DNA of 63,966 bases, the filler included, from Craspedostauros australis (taxonomy: Eukaryota), in assembly GCA_030167865.1 (NCBI GenBank). It is 13 parts of 13 records of this genome, joined end to end, with 100 filler letters (N's around TTAATTAATTAA, not from the genome) between each part and the next. Parts side by side here need not be neighbours in the genome. Positions count along the whole stretch, not along the records: positions 44,415 to 47,765 come from JALAGF010000700.1; positions 47,866 to 50,583 come from JALAGF010000702.1; positions 50,684 to 54,472 come from JALAGF010000703.1; positions 54,573 to 55,693 come from JALAGF010000704.1; positions 55,794 to 56,982 come from JALAGF010000705.1; positions 57,083 to 60,034 come from JALAGF010000706.1; 7 more parts are not named here. The stretch is one strand, 5' to 3'. Positions 47,401 through 59,789 of the stretch are shown piece after piece. The notes under the pieces are model-generated. The model did no database searches, was not told the DNA's origin, and saw nothing but the letters and a program-made list of their open reading frames with translations. Positions within the stretch are counted from its first letter, which is position 1. The number at the start of each line of letters is the position of its first letter. The position numbers and the translations under genes were made by a program.

Positions 47401-47765
47401 TCCTCTGTTCCAGTTTCCTGGTTGCGGTACTTGATGAAGACATGCGGAATGACTCCGTTGATGATGTTCTGTACGAAGTCGAACTCCACGCTGGTCCCAT
47501 CGTCGCTCTCGAAAGTGAGCACGATTGGAAGTGGGTCGGCAGTGTAAGTAGAATCGGTGGAGTCCTTGAAGACAGCTCCATTTGGATCAACACAGTTGGT
47601 TGGTGCTGCGCTGGTGGTTGGTGCGGAGGTTGGGTTGCTGGTTGGTCCGGATGTCGGCCCTGAGGTTGGTGCAGAAGTTGGTGCCGATGTTGGTCCTCCG
47701 GTCGGTCCAGATGTTGGTCCAGAAGTCGGTCCAGAGGTTGGGCCGCTGGTTGGCCCAGATGTTGG
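44415..47765 (-). CDS. Mucin-like extracellular protein (partial at both ends): (PTSG)n tracts alternating with Cys-rich modules
   Basis: Frame is open across the whole contig. Two highly similar modules (CVDP..PIVLTFESDDGT.VEFDFVQ..C..AAEC..IYIYTGDNF..C..C..YYFELPC..EC) at ~47595-47180 and ~46500-46085. A third begins (PTNCV) at the contig end. Confidence 0.92.
44430..46080 (-). repeat. 12-bp coding repeat (Pro-Thr-Ser-Gly)n, longest tract; further tracts ~46510-47175 and ~47600-47765
   Basis: gttggtcc(a/g)(ga/ct)n periodicity with synonymous variation. Confidence 0.95.
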
Positions 47766-47865
47766 NNNNNNNNNNNNNNNNNNNNNNNNNNNNNNNNNNN
47801 NNNNNNNNNTTAATTAATTAANNNNNNNNNNNNNNNNNNNNNNNNNNNNNNNNNNNNNNNNNNNN

Positions 47866-49479
47866 CATGCGCAAGTCCGACGCTCTGCTGGAAAATCTCG
47901 CTGATGTTGCATCCTCATCTTGGATGATCATGAGGATGATCCTGAACCATCTCATGCTGTCGCCCTTTATCTCTGCGACACCGGCGTAGCCATGCATCTC
48001 GCCGGTGCTGCTTGTGCTCTGTTTCGCCAACGAGGTTGCATGCTGCATCTCGCTGCTTCCCACAATGGAGTCGCCATTCGATTCGACAGAGTGCATCATC
48101 ATGTCATGCGATCCCATGGGTTTCCGNNNNNNNNNNNNNNNNNNNNNNNNNNNNNNNNNNNNNNNNNNNNNNNNNNNNNNNNNNNNNNNNNNNNNNNNNN
48201 NNNNNNNNGTGAGGAAGACCAGCAGGAAGATCCCCGGCGAACCCAACTTGTCTTGCGTCTCCATTGTGAGGTCGACGATCGTGAATGCCATCGGCCAGAT
48301 GGATGTGTTTCCGAAGGCTCTGCATAGGGGCAAGTGTTTATCAGTTAAGTTGTGTTGGTAGAGTTGGGGGGCAAAGGAGGGAGAGAGATGAGCAGAAGCA
48401 CGGTGCGCTGAATGGAGACTCAAAATGGATCGCCAAGGACATAACCAACATGGATACATCAAATCAAATCAAATCAAAGAGAGAGCATTGTAGAGGATAC
48501 GCTGCACGCACAAGTGCTCCATGCTCATACGAAGCACAACCATGGCAAGAGTGACCTGCTCCCCTCCCACAGACCGAACTCACAATCCATACAGGATGCA
48601 CTGCTGCGTGATCTGCTTGAATCGTTCCTGTTGCAGCTTCGATGTGATGAACAATCGCCTTCGTTTCCTCTTTCGCCGTGCAGCAATCTCTTCCGCGCTG
48701 TCCGCGATCGTCATTGCCATGGATTCGCTGACAACTGGCTCATTATCCGTCGCATACCGTGCATTGGCTGTGTACGTTGAATAGACCGAGCTGTACAGCG
48801 CGTACGTGCTGGCGATACCCAGCGTCGCAATGATACCGACGAGGAACGAAACGATGATGCTGAGCAAATTGAGACTCAGCGCATCGGGTGTGCAGTGCTG
48901 TATCGTTGTTGTCGTAGTCGTAGCATTGTGCATGTCATCCTGAAGCAATACCACTACTTCTTCCGTAGTACACGTTTCCGAATACGTGCCAAAGATGCAA
49001 TACCCACTGAGGTAGTTCAATGCGAATGAATTCTGGAGGAGCCCGATGCTGGGAATGCAGATGGCCATGAGAATCGTGAGGAGGAAGACATACGGCTCGA
49101 TCTGCATTGCAATTTGTCGATTCGTCCATCGGTACCGTATCTGCAGCAGAAAGTTGACGGCCAGGAAGGTGTTGTACGGCGTGATGATCATGGGGGCGCT
49201 GTTGAGGGCGAAACCGAGCATGGTGCACGTCGTGTCGTTTCCGAATGCGATGGGGCTGTCCGTGCGGTCGGACGGGACGAGGAAGAGATGGACCGCATTG
49301 AATGCACCAGCGATGATGTCCGCGATGGAGATCACGATGAGGATGCGATGGTAGACCAAGGATAGGTCGCGTCTGGTCATGTAGATGATCAAGGATGATC
49401 CCACGATGGAGAGCAGGCTGGATGTCGTCATCGCGACCCCCATCGCTATGTACTGCGCATCTGTGCGATCCTGTCCCAT
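47866..49479 (-). CDS. Seven-TM GPCR-like receptor (cAMP-receptor/Git3-like, diatom-expanded); exon 49479-48584, intron 48583-48320, 3' part gapped
   Basis: LSIVGSSLIIY, YHRILIVISIADI, GNDTTCTMLGF, YNTFLAVNFLLQIRY, IEPY, QCILYGL|AFGNTSIWP. Hydrophobic helices. Internal N gap 48127-48208. Confidence 0.8.
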
Positions 49480-50683
49480 CGCATCGGGTTCGTTCGTTTG
49501 TGATTGACTTGTTGGCAGTGAGTGCAAGTACGAATGGAGGCATGAACGGAGGTACGAGGATGCGGGGGTCTCTCTATCTATCTATCAGTATCTATCACTA
49601 TCTATCACTATCTACTCGTGTGAATAATCGCGCTCTTGGAGAGATGGTGCTCTGATTGTCTTCTTCGGAGGAGGAGGATGATGATGATGTCGCCAAAGCA
49701 GTCGTTGCTTGCTTCGTGGTGAATGACCTGGCTGAAGAGTGGCTACGCGTTTGGCATTCCCAGAAACGCAGTTCCATACCGTGCCGACACTCGTGTCCTC
49801 TTGTGAATGATCAGACGCTCCAGTCCCCTCTCTGTGTGTGTTGGAGGCAGAGTGGTTGTGGAAAGGTTTGGAGGAACAAAACGTGTGGACACCACAACTC
49901 GTGACATGCGTCATGGTGTTGATCGGATGCGTTGTTCGGACAGGCAAATTGTGCGCAAGACACCTCCATCTTCGCTATCTTGTTGCGACGCCTTTTCTTG
50001 TCTGAGTGACAATGATAATTATGGGACAGACAAACGCGAACGGTGTCATGACTCCACAAGCACACGCGAAAAGTCACAGATTCTGTCCAGAGAACTCAAC
50101 TGACAAATCAGCTGTCCAAGCAATTAGAGTTCCACCGAACAAAACTACGTCATTGGTGGTCGCGACGATTCCGGTGATAAAGTTGAAGGAGAAAAGAATG
50201 CGTGCGCACAAGATGGCACAAGTCCCACACTTTTCCAAACACCTTGATTCTGTCCTCATTCGTTGTTGGTTGTGATCGTGGTGTTGACACAAGAGATTGG
50301 GTACTCTGACTACCTCCGTCAAGCAACACCAGAGAGAGAGAGAGAGAGGTGATGTTATCTGTTACTGCCACACCACACTATCCCATCCCATTTTGCAATT
50401 GCACTCAAGTGCATTGCTTTGAGTGATTCCGAGTGGATCTCTCTTTGCAAGGACAGCATGGGCATGCTATTAAAATGGCACGGACTGGATGTGCCTTGTG
50501 ATGTCGGAATCGAGACGACGCTTCATCACGTTCGTATACGATGGCGATTGGTTGAGCGAAGCATAGTTGGGCGACATCTGATGNNNNNNNNNNNNNNNNN
50601 NNNNNNNNNNNNNNNNNNNNNNNNNNNTTAATTAATTAANNNNNNNNNNNNNNNNNNNNNNNNNNNNNNNNNNNNNNNNNNNN

Positions 50684-51085
50684 CTGGATGATGATGTCTG
50701 GGAGTCCGAAGACTTCGGCATCGGCGAGCGGGGCACCGCACTGGTTGATGGTGAAGACCATGAGGAGAACCATGAACTGACGTCCCATGAGGTAGCGGTC
50801 GAGGTTGTCACCCTTGTGGGCGAGGGAGGTGCACTTGTGGCTGGTTGGGTGGGATTCGACGTAGAGGTCGCGGTCNACTGGTGGGAGACCGACGAGGGAA
50901 CCCTGTCCTCCCTCAACCATGTTGAGCCAGACGAGGGCCGTGATCATGATGACGACGGCGACCACTGGGTGGACCTCGGACGAGACCTTGGTCTGCTCAT
51001 TGAAGATGAGTCCGCAGACGATGGCGATCGAGAAGATGAGGAGTCCGGTGGAGTACACCGACTTGATGAGCTGAACGGGATCCAT
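50684..51085 (-). CDS. SIT: Silicon transporter, N-terminal part (truncated by contig end)
   Basis: YSTGLLIFSIAIV..QTK..HPV..WLNMVEGGQGSLVGL..YVESHP..KGDNLDRYLMGRQFMV, containing the EGGQ and GRQ signature motifs of diatom SITs. Confidence 0.96.
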
Positions 51086-52152
51086 CTTGGTTGTGTTGTT
51101 TGTTCCTGTGATGCGTTGTAGAACTTGCAATGGTTGAAATTGTGAGTGATTCAAAGTCAGGTTTGATGAATGTCGTGAAGGCGTGTGTGGTTGTGTTTGT
51201 TCTCACAATTTCCTGTTCGATTGTTGGTTTTGTTTGTTTGGTTTGTTGTTTCTGCACGAAAGATGAGCGAAAGATAGTCCGTGAAACGGGTTGTGACGGC
51301 TGGCGCATGAGACATCCGAGTTCCTGTGCATATGTATTCATGTATCAATAATAATAAATACCAATCATAACGTTTGAACAGGGTGGTGCGACATGCATGT
51401 CGCTGCAGGCGAAACGCATTGGCTTCAAATATAACGTATGTAAACGGTTGTTTTCGAATGCAATCAGCAAGAGTGTCCCACATGGCTTCATACTCTTTCC
51501 AACATTTCATTTTGTCGAGTCATTCTGTCGTTGAAGCAATCAATCCACAATTAATACTGTCGAAGGCGAAGAAGAAACTCAATTTGTCATTTATGACTAT
51601 TGACAAAGTCCACAGATGTCGGGTTCGCGGAGCACGTTCGCTCAAGGTCATCGTCGGTCATACTTCTTTCCTCCCCTTCACGTTGATGGATACAGTCACA
51701 GAGAAGAGAGAAGGAGAACACAAGCTGACAAGTGATGTGGCGAAGTTCTTTCTCACCTCTGGCGTGATGGGAGAGCCAGACTCATGGTCTCACGATGTGC
51801 GCGGCATGTTGGTGGTGTCAACGCTTGAGATCGAAAGGAGGCTCCAGCATCAATCCTCCCATCGTGGCTCCGACACCTTCAACCAGAATAGCGCCAGTCG
51901 CACAGAAACAGCAACACAGAGCAACATCCGCGTCTGTGTCGACGAAAGGGAAGACAAATCGCACTGCCAGCGAATGGCATCCAACACCCAACCTACCGTG
52001 CCTCATCGATCTCCAAGGCCCCCCACGAACACGACGATCCCGTAGATATCTACTAGGAGCTACAGTTCCAATCCGTCTGTTCCCCAACATCCATCGTTGC
52101 GCTGGACTCCACAACCAGTACGCAATCCATTTCCACTTCCGCTTCAGGCACG

Positions 52153-54472
52153 ATGCAACGTACTCAACCACCGCCCAAGCCACAGCTCAGCAAGACATCA
52201 CTTCGCTTGCACAACAACGTCTTGACGTCGGGCAACGACTTCTACGATGACGGATACAACGAGACCGAGCTTGAAACAGAAGTACCAAACACACTCTTCG
52301 CCAATCGTGGCGGCAGTAATGGCGAAGCGGACAGTGATGGCATCAACGGATTCTTTGGACGCGAGAATGAGTTGCGACAATTGCATCGTACGTTCGACCA
52401 GATGATGCGCCATTCCAAACCCAACAAGCCAACCAGAACGACGAAGGGAACTGTCCAAAACTCTTCATTGGACCACACGTCTGCATTGGGATCATCCACG
52501 GATGCGCCCTCCAGTCAATCCTTCGTCCCAGCTGCGTTCGTTTGGGGCACCAGCGGCACAGGCAAGTCGAAGCTCGTGGATATCTTCTGCAACCAGCTGC
52601 TCGATCCCGGTCGCAACACGAACAAGACAAAAGGCGTCCGTGTGCTCAAGGGGAAGTTCCAGGAGCACCAGAAAGGCAACCCGTTCTCCGCCATCACCCA
52701 GGCGTTGTCCGATTGGTGCAAGCACCTGACTTGCTCGCATGTGCAACTGGCTCCAATCAAGGAGGCCAGCACCGACGCAAGGCCTGAAGCGACGACTGAC
52801 GACAGTGTAACCACAGATGTAGATGCAGGTGCAAGCGCGGACAAGCATCGCCGCCGTCATGTCACGAGCCAACCATCAGAGCTGCAACGACTTCGATCCA
52901 TCGTCGAGTCAAGCAGCCTCACAATACAACAGAAAGAAGTTCTTGTGGCACTTGTGCCAGCACTATCCATTATCTTCGGCGAAGACGGGAGTTGCGACGC
53001 ATCCGTCACTTCCTCAATGGTGCAACAGGCTCAGGCTCCACAAATCTCATCCACGGAGACATCATGGAACCGCTTCCAGTACACATTCACTCAATTCTTG
53101 TCCCTCATCTCCTCCAAGAATCATCCTGTGGTGATGGTATTGGATGATCTGCAATGGGCTTCCCAAGAATGCATGGATCTCATGTCCACCACCATGCATC
53201 AACCTCACTTTCTGTGGATTGGCACGATCCGGCAAGACACCAATCCGCACTCTCCCAACGAGCTGATGGAGTTCAATGGAGATCTCCCCCTCATGCAGGT
53301 CCTGAACGAATTGCAACAACAATGCACGGAATCACCCTCCAATCCGGCAAAGACGCCCTACATCGACATCCATCTGCAAGATTTCAGTAAGCAGGAGCTG
53401 CACGAGTGGGTGTCGCAATTGTTCGACCAGGACGATGACGTTGTGGATGAGGTGGCCGAGCTGTTTCATAAGCAGACTGAGGGAAACATCTTCCACACCA
53501 TCCAGCTTCTGCAAGACATGGAGCGCACGAAGGCCTTGACGTACAGCCGGATCACGTTCCAGTGGGAGCTCGATTCTTCCCTGCTCAGTTCCAACCAGAG
53601 CGACCAAAACAACAGTGGCGGTGGTGATGGCAACGATGCAATGGGTGGTAGCAGTCATGCGGCAGCAAACAACGTGATCCAACTCATTTCATCTAAACTG
53701 CGATCTCTGCCTGCTCCGTTGCAGAAGGCCCTCATACTGGCATCGTACATTCGATCCTCGTTCGAGCTTGATACTCTGCAGGCGGTCTGGGACTACGAAA
53801 AGCAGAACAACCCCACAGGAAGTGACATTCTTCCCACTCCTCCGCCTCACAGTAGCACAAGTACAACCGACAACGGTCCAGGCAAAACCAACGAGGCGAA
53901 AACTGATAGGCCACTTGCAGAGTGGTTGGAACAGGCTGTTCTGGAGGGCCTCCTCGCAAACTCCATCGGCGGTGCAAGCTATCGCTTTGCGCATGACCGC
54001 ATCCAACAGGCTGCGCGCAATCTTGTGCCGTTCGGAGAGGTTCGCACCAAGCTTCGCCTACGGATTGGCCAGTGCTTGTGGGATCTTTGCACACGCAGCG
54101 CCGAAGCGAACATCGCCGGTGATCGAGGCAGTGACAGCAGCGTGTTCTTCATCGCGGCTGATCATCTCAACTGCACCCCAACCAAGGACCACCTTGCAGC
54201 GACTCGACGGAATCTTCAGGTCGGCGAGTACGCGCTCCAGATCGCCGCATTGGTCCCTGCTGCAACGTATCTCCAACTCGCAAGCACTGCATTGCGGAAG
54301 GTGAGAGGTGACCCATGGCAGGATCAGTACGACTTGATGATTCGATTGGTGCGCGCTCGGTGCGACATCGAACTCACGCTGAATCGATTCGACTTGGGAT
54401 ATTCGTTGGGGAACGAGGTACTGGATCATGCTCGATCCATTCACGACAAGCTGCCTACGTATGGTGCGATGG
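52153..54472 (+). CDS. Second STAND-like AAA_16/COG3899-type ATPase, 3' truncated
   Basis: FFGRENELRQL, Walker A WGTSGTGKS, KGKF..PFSAI, Walker B PVVMVLDDLQWA, QTEGNIF, YRFAHDRIQQAA. Confidence 0.88.
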
Positions 54473-54572
54473 NNNNNNNNNNNNNNNNNNNNNNNNNNNN
54501 NNNNNNNNNNNNNNNNTTAATTAATTAANNNNNNNNNNNNNNNNNNNNNNNNNNNNNNNNNNNNNNNNNNNN

Positions 54573-55693
54573 CCGGAGTCAGCTCACGACGTTGCGGCGC
54601 GATTTTGACATGTTTGGACGCGGCGAGGTCATCCCATCGCGAGTTCTCCAGTATCGTGTGCCTGCCTGTGACCTGTCTGGCGTCACGTCATTCCTCATGA
54701 GCACTGCAACATACAAGGCAGGCTTGAGTCACATGGTACAGTATGGAGGTGTCAAATTTGACAATGTCCCGGTGTTCGATCGCGGAAGCACAACCATCAA
54801 ACAATTATTCGATATGTACTCCTCCACGACCAGCAANNNNNNNNNNNNNNNNNNNNNNNNNNNNNNNNNNNNNNNNNNNNNNCGCAAAAGCAAGATCAAG
54901 ACGGGTCTTTCTTCCTTCGAGAGTTACTTCTGGATGGCAACACAGAAACTAAAACAGGCGATTTCGCGCCTAGTAGACCTGCTGAAGGCTAAGTATGATG
55001 CGGATGGGGAGGAGAAAAACGATGCCAATGACGAGAGCGACAACGACGACGAGCCGGATGACGTCATTGCGCAGCATGTGCGCACTGCTGATTCTCTGTT
55101 GCATGCACTCGAACTGCTTGTCGTGTTCGTCAAATGGGAATTCACCGCGTCGCACATGCAGCTTCAATGTGACGACCCCATGCATTCGGCCGCGTTCGCT
55201 CTCACCACCGAAAAGGAGNAGAAGACAACAACCACATCAACCAACCAACGCAAACCACGCACCAACAAGCACAAGAACAAGCGCAAGAAGAGCACCACCA
55301 TCACAAACGATACTCCACCCATCACAATTGACATTCCTCCCACCACCTCAACCGAACAACCACGTAGAGTATGCAACCGTTGTGGCGCAGCAATGCGATT
55401 TGTGGATGATCGTTTTGTTCCTTTTGTCACAATGCTTAAGGACAACGAACTCACAGAACACAAGGACGAATTGCAATCAATGCTTGCGGCGGCACCGGGA
55501 TTCGCCAACGAAATTGTTAACTACATGGCTCACAAAGTGCGTGCCAAAGTGCAATTCAGACAAATCGCCTTTTATCAATCCACTACGAACAACAATCCAC
55601 AAAGAGCCCATGTGGTACTCGACCATAAGCAAAAAATTCTACCGACAGGCCAAGGCGAAGCCCAACAAGAATATTGGGGGAAGAAGGGGATGT
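54573..55693 (+). mobile_element. Fragment of putative DNA-transposon transposase (Sola3-like), copy A
   Basis: Homologous to 57083-59074 (FVKWEFTASHMQLQCDD..HSAAFAL, CxxC, YMAHKVRAKVQF). Continues into VVLDHKQKILP..EAQQEYWGKKGM, resembling the D(W/F/Y)xMK..P..RE.Q.D(W/F)(F/Y)GKRG motif. Confidence 0.55.
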
Positions 55694-55793
55694 NNNNNNN
55701 NNNNNNNNNNNNNNNNNNNNNNNNNNNNNNNNNNNNNTTAATTAATTAANNNNNNNNNNNNNNNNNNNNNNNNNNNNNNNNNNNNNNNNNNNN

Positions 55794-56421
55794 TTGGATC
55801 GACACAGCGATCTCATATCTGATTCCAGCCGATCGGAACTTGTGCGAATACCACTTGCGGTCAAATGGGGTTGGCTCATTGATCTTGAAATCAGTGCCAT
55901 CGACAGTGACCAGGCACGATCTGTTCAAATCCCCAGAGTATCGGTTCTCCCACAGGATCTTTTCATGGCGACGTCAAAGAGAGACAAGCAGTGCAAAAGA
56001 TGTGAGCTTGTTTGTTGCTGAATCAATTGTGAGTGAAGTGCATTCCCCTTGGACTTACCACATCATTTTTCAAATCCGCTACAGCCTTGATGGCTGACCA
56101 GATATGGAACTTGAGAGTCTTATCTGTGGCCCGAAGGAAGACGCATGCCATGCGCACGGATGGGTAGTGCCGCATGTAGTACAGGGCCCAAAGGAGATGC
56201 TTTGGCTTCAAGTCCCCACGACGTGTTGCAAGTGCCCACAGCACAGAGCAGAGATGAGGCGAAATCCCAAATGCAACAGTGAAGTCCTCCCCGAATGCAC
56301 CTGATCGGCATCGTAGATTGGTGATGCACTGGCCAGGGGTGAGAAGGATGTCGCGCGCAAGATCGAGAAAGTCTTGCACACTGCCAATAGAATATCGATG
56401 ATCGTAGGCGCCATTCAACAT
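55794..56421 (-). mobile_element. PIF/Harbinger-type (DDE_Tnp_4) transposase, N-terminal part with 100-bp intron 56058-55959
   Basis: FTVAFGISP..KPKHLLWALYYMRHYP..DKT..W (HTH region) spliced to ILWENR..CLVTVDGTDFKINEP..WYSHKFRSAGIRYEIAV (first catalytic Asp, VDGT). Confidence 0.85.
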
Positions 56422-57082
56422 CGGTTGGAGATTGGATCAAAGTAAGAAGCTGGAGCTGAAGAAGTGGCTGTCCCTGCCTCTCCAAATCATGTAGAATCGG
56501 CCAACTGACTTGGGAGAATCTGTGTCCGATGATGGGGCTGTCTGTTGGCAAGTTCCGCTCACGGTAACCTACGATCGTGGAAGATGGTGTTGGTTGATAG
56601 TTGTTCGTTTGCTATTTCATTAGTTGGTTACTCCGATCCTCTCGGTGTACACCAGTTGTCTTGCCCGATGCTCTTGGCGCTTCAATCTGTTTTGCAGCTT
56701 CAGTCTCCGACTATGAGTCGGTACGCGAGATCCTCTCTCGCTCTTCTCTGTATTCTCTCTCTCTCTCTCTCTTAACATCGTGTGCTCGTGCTACACGATA
56801 CTCTGTGTTCAATGCGTACTCCGCATTCGACACTCCGTTTGTTTAGTACTGGTTCCTACTCCATGAGTACTTACCATTTGAAGTTCACCTTCAGTATCCA
56901 TGATCTTCATGGATCATCGCATCTTCGCCTCCTGCTCTGACTTGGAGACAGCTGTCGACGTGGTGACATGTTGACATCCTGTNNNNNNNNNNNNNNNNNN
57001 NNNNNNNNNNNNNNNNNNNNNNNNNNTTAATTAATTAANNNNNNNNNNNNNNNNNNNNNNNNNNNNNNNNNNNNNNNNNNNN

Positions 57083-59074
57083 TTGCTTGAACTGCACCAT
57101 TGCCCTGATACGATGAGCCATGTAGATTCTCATCTGATCACTGCAGAAGTCAACTGCGCGTGGCATTGTTTCCACCTCCTCCAAAACGTTGTCGTCTGTA
57201 ATCCATTGCCTAGCAGTTTCGACGGCTTTCTTGGCGCGGATCGGAAAAAACGTCGTGGCAGCAGCACATTTCTTGCAGACGTGCTTCGATGGCTGCCGAT
57301 CACATTCAGTGAGAGCAAATGTTGCAGAGTGGAGATGGTCATCATCACACTCAACTTGCATATGGGAGTTGGTATACTCCCATCTCACAAAGGTGAAAGT
57401 AGCATCAGCATCGTCCACCAGCATGGAAACTTCAGCGCGGAGATCTGCGGTTGCGTCGATGTCGGGGAGTAGTTCCAAGATCCTCTCCATCATGAGTTTG
57501 AACTCAGTGATGACGTTGGACATGTCCATGTAGTAGGAGGACAAGGCGGTGTGTGATGTGCCACATCTTGTCAAGAGCTTGAGGAGGTCGAGGAAGGTGG
57601 GAAAGCCAACCGCACTGTTGTTGTCCTTGATGTAGTTGCGGAAAAGTTCCCTTGGAGGAGTACTGTCGCGAACAAAGATTGGCAAATTATCGTAGACAAT
57701 GCCATCGAGCATCACAGTACGCGATCTGCCACCCTTGTAGTGCCCGATGGTTGTGATGTACGAGATGGCATTCTTGAGGGAGTCTTCGGGTGGACGGAAA
57801 GGCCGCTCTATTTTGGGAATTGACTTCCCAGATAGAAGCGTGTCCGCCAAATCCTTAACTCGACCGTGAGTTTCTTGTCGCATGGTGATTCGAGTGTTGG
57901 CAACCTTGGCTTGTTCTTCTGTTGGTAGGGCACGATAGTGCAATTGAAGGATACGCTCACATTCTGTGGCATGACATGTGCACGCCAGCATCGCACGTGC
58001 AGCTTTGGAGAAATCGTGGTTTCCAAAGAAGGCGAAGAGGCAGACAATCTCCACCAATCCTGCAGGAGGGAGATCCTTGGCATGTCGGACATACTTGATG
58101 ATATTGCACAGTTGGGGTGGAACCATGGTGTTGGGGGAAGCTGTGGTCCAAAAGATGGAAACATGCTCGCTCCAAGCTCGTTCCATGCAGTCCCAATGAT
58201 GCCTATCAGACTTGGTCAAGATTGCTGGATATCCACCCTTCAGGAAGTCTGTGAGCGTGTCTGGGTCTCTGCCAGCCATCCCGAAGAGGGATAGGAGCTT
58301 CTGTTTTGCAGACATATCCTTCGTCCAGGTTGACCATCCAGGGGCTGAGGCTTTGTTGTTGATGATGGTGTCACCCATCATTGTATCGCCATCACGATCA
58401 TTGTCAATGCTGGTTGGGACTGGAGCAGGCATGACAATGCTGCAATTCTCTTGGACATGCGGATGAGATGCTGTTTCGGAGTGGTTTTGATTGCGGCCAT
58501 CTGGGGCAAAGCCCACCTGCCCAGCTCCTTCATGGTTTGCTCCACATTGCGGGCAGAACGAGAGTCTCGCATATGCCGGATTGCAGCAACCGCAGAACGC
58601 GATACCACAACCTTGACATTTCAGGTTGCCAAAGCAGGTGATTGGCATGCCGTGTGCGATGGGTGGCATTGGAGAGGTACCGTATGGAGCAGGCGCGGCA
58701 ACCATAGGTGGCATGGGGTAGTTTGGGATGCCAACAAAAGCAGAATGCAAGTTTGCATCATACCCAACAGTTGGCATCACAGTGTTGTAGTGCCCACCTC
58801 CTGTAGGATAGTTGTAGTTCGCATGAGCTGGAGGGGATGCAGGGGTTGGACCATAGAGAATGGTTGGGTAGTTGGCGAGGGGTGGGGATGGTACATAGTT
58901 TGCCACTGGTGCGATCATCCTAGATTGGTCATGGGAGACCGATGGTACGAAGGGGAGAGCATAAGGGTTGAGCCCGTGGTGAGGAGAGTGGACATCGCAG
59001 CCTTCGTGAGGACGGTGAACCTTTGGCAAAGGCTGGTGGGCGTTGGTGGGAGAGTTTGGGCGTGGGTGGCTCAT
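57083..59074 (-). mobile_element. Putative DNA-transposon transposase (Sola3-like), copy B, N-terminal part
   Basis: Pro/Tyr-rich leader, zinc ribbon CQGC...FCPQCG, then NLPIFVRD..LFRNY..FPTFLDLL..ALSSYY, FVRWEYTNSHMQVECDD, CKKC, YMAHRIRAMVQF, colinear with copy A. Confidence 0.55.
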
Positions 59075-59789
59075 GATCTGAAGGGTGGTGGCAGGGCAAA
59101 GGAAGGAGGATGATGGGTGGCTTGATATAGACAATCGAAGATGCTGTTGGAATCGGTGCTTGCTGGGTGTTACTGAACATGTGATGAGGAACAGGACAGC
59201 CCCCAAGAACCGGAGCCTGAGAGATCGCAACAGACATGACAAAGAGAAGGAGGAGGACGACGATGGTGGAAAGCCCACAGCACACCTGAGACGCCAGTAC
59301 ATGTATGCACACATGTCTGCATTTTCCAAAGTGACATGCCTGTGGGTGTCATCAAAATGAGCAGCTGTCCCAGACAAACCGAGTGTCAAACATACCATCT
59401 GCAACATGTCATATGCGACATTTTTTCGATACTGGGACCAGCGGAGCAGAATATTGACAAATGGAGCTTCAACTATGTTGAATGCACAGGCAGTTGTCTC
59501 CTTTGGCGATATAGATCGCACAATCATTGATGGGTCTGCCCCAGGAGAGGCATACCATCAGAGTTGTGAACAGTTGAAGCAAACAATTTGGAGTTGTTTT
59601 GGCAGTCTGTTATATTCTACATTTGTATCCATATCCCACCTCTCTTCTTGTCTTGTTTACCAGTCTATTGTATACATATCTATAAGCATCAAGAATCAAG
59701 TTGGTTTGATGGTTCAAGGTTGATCTACTACAAACCTTGATATTGTTGCTGCTGTTACTGGTACCGTTACTGTCGCTGCTGTTGCTTTG

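Noticed and set aside
59075..59527. N-terminal extension of the 830-aa ORF
   Set aside because: Begins at a non-ATG codon and reads like UTR/intergenic sequence; ATG 59074 preferred.
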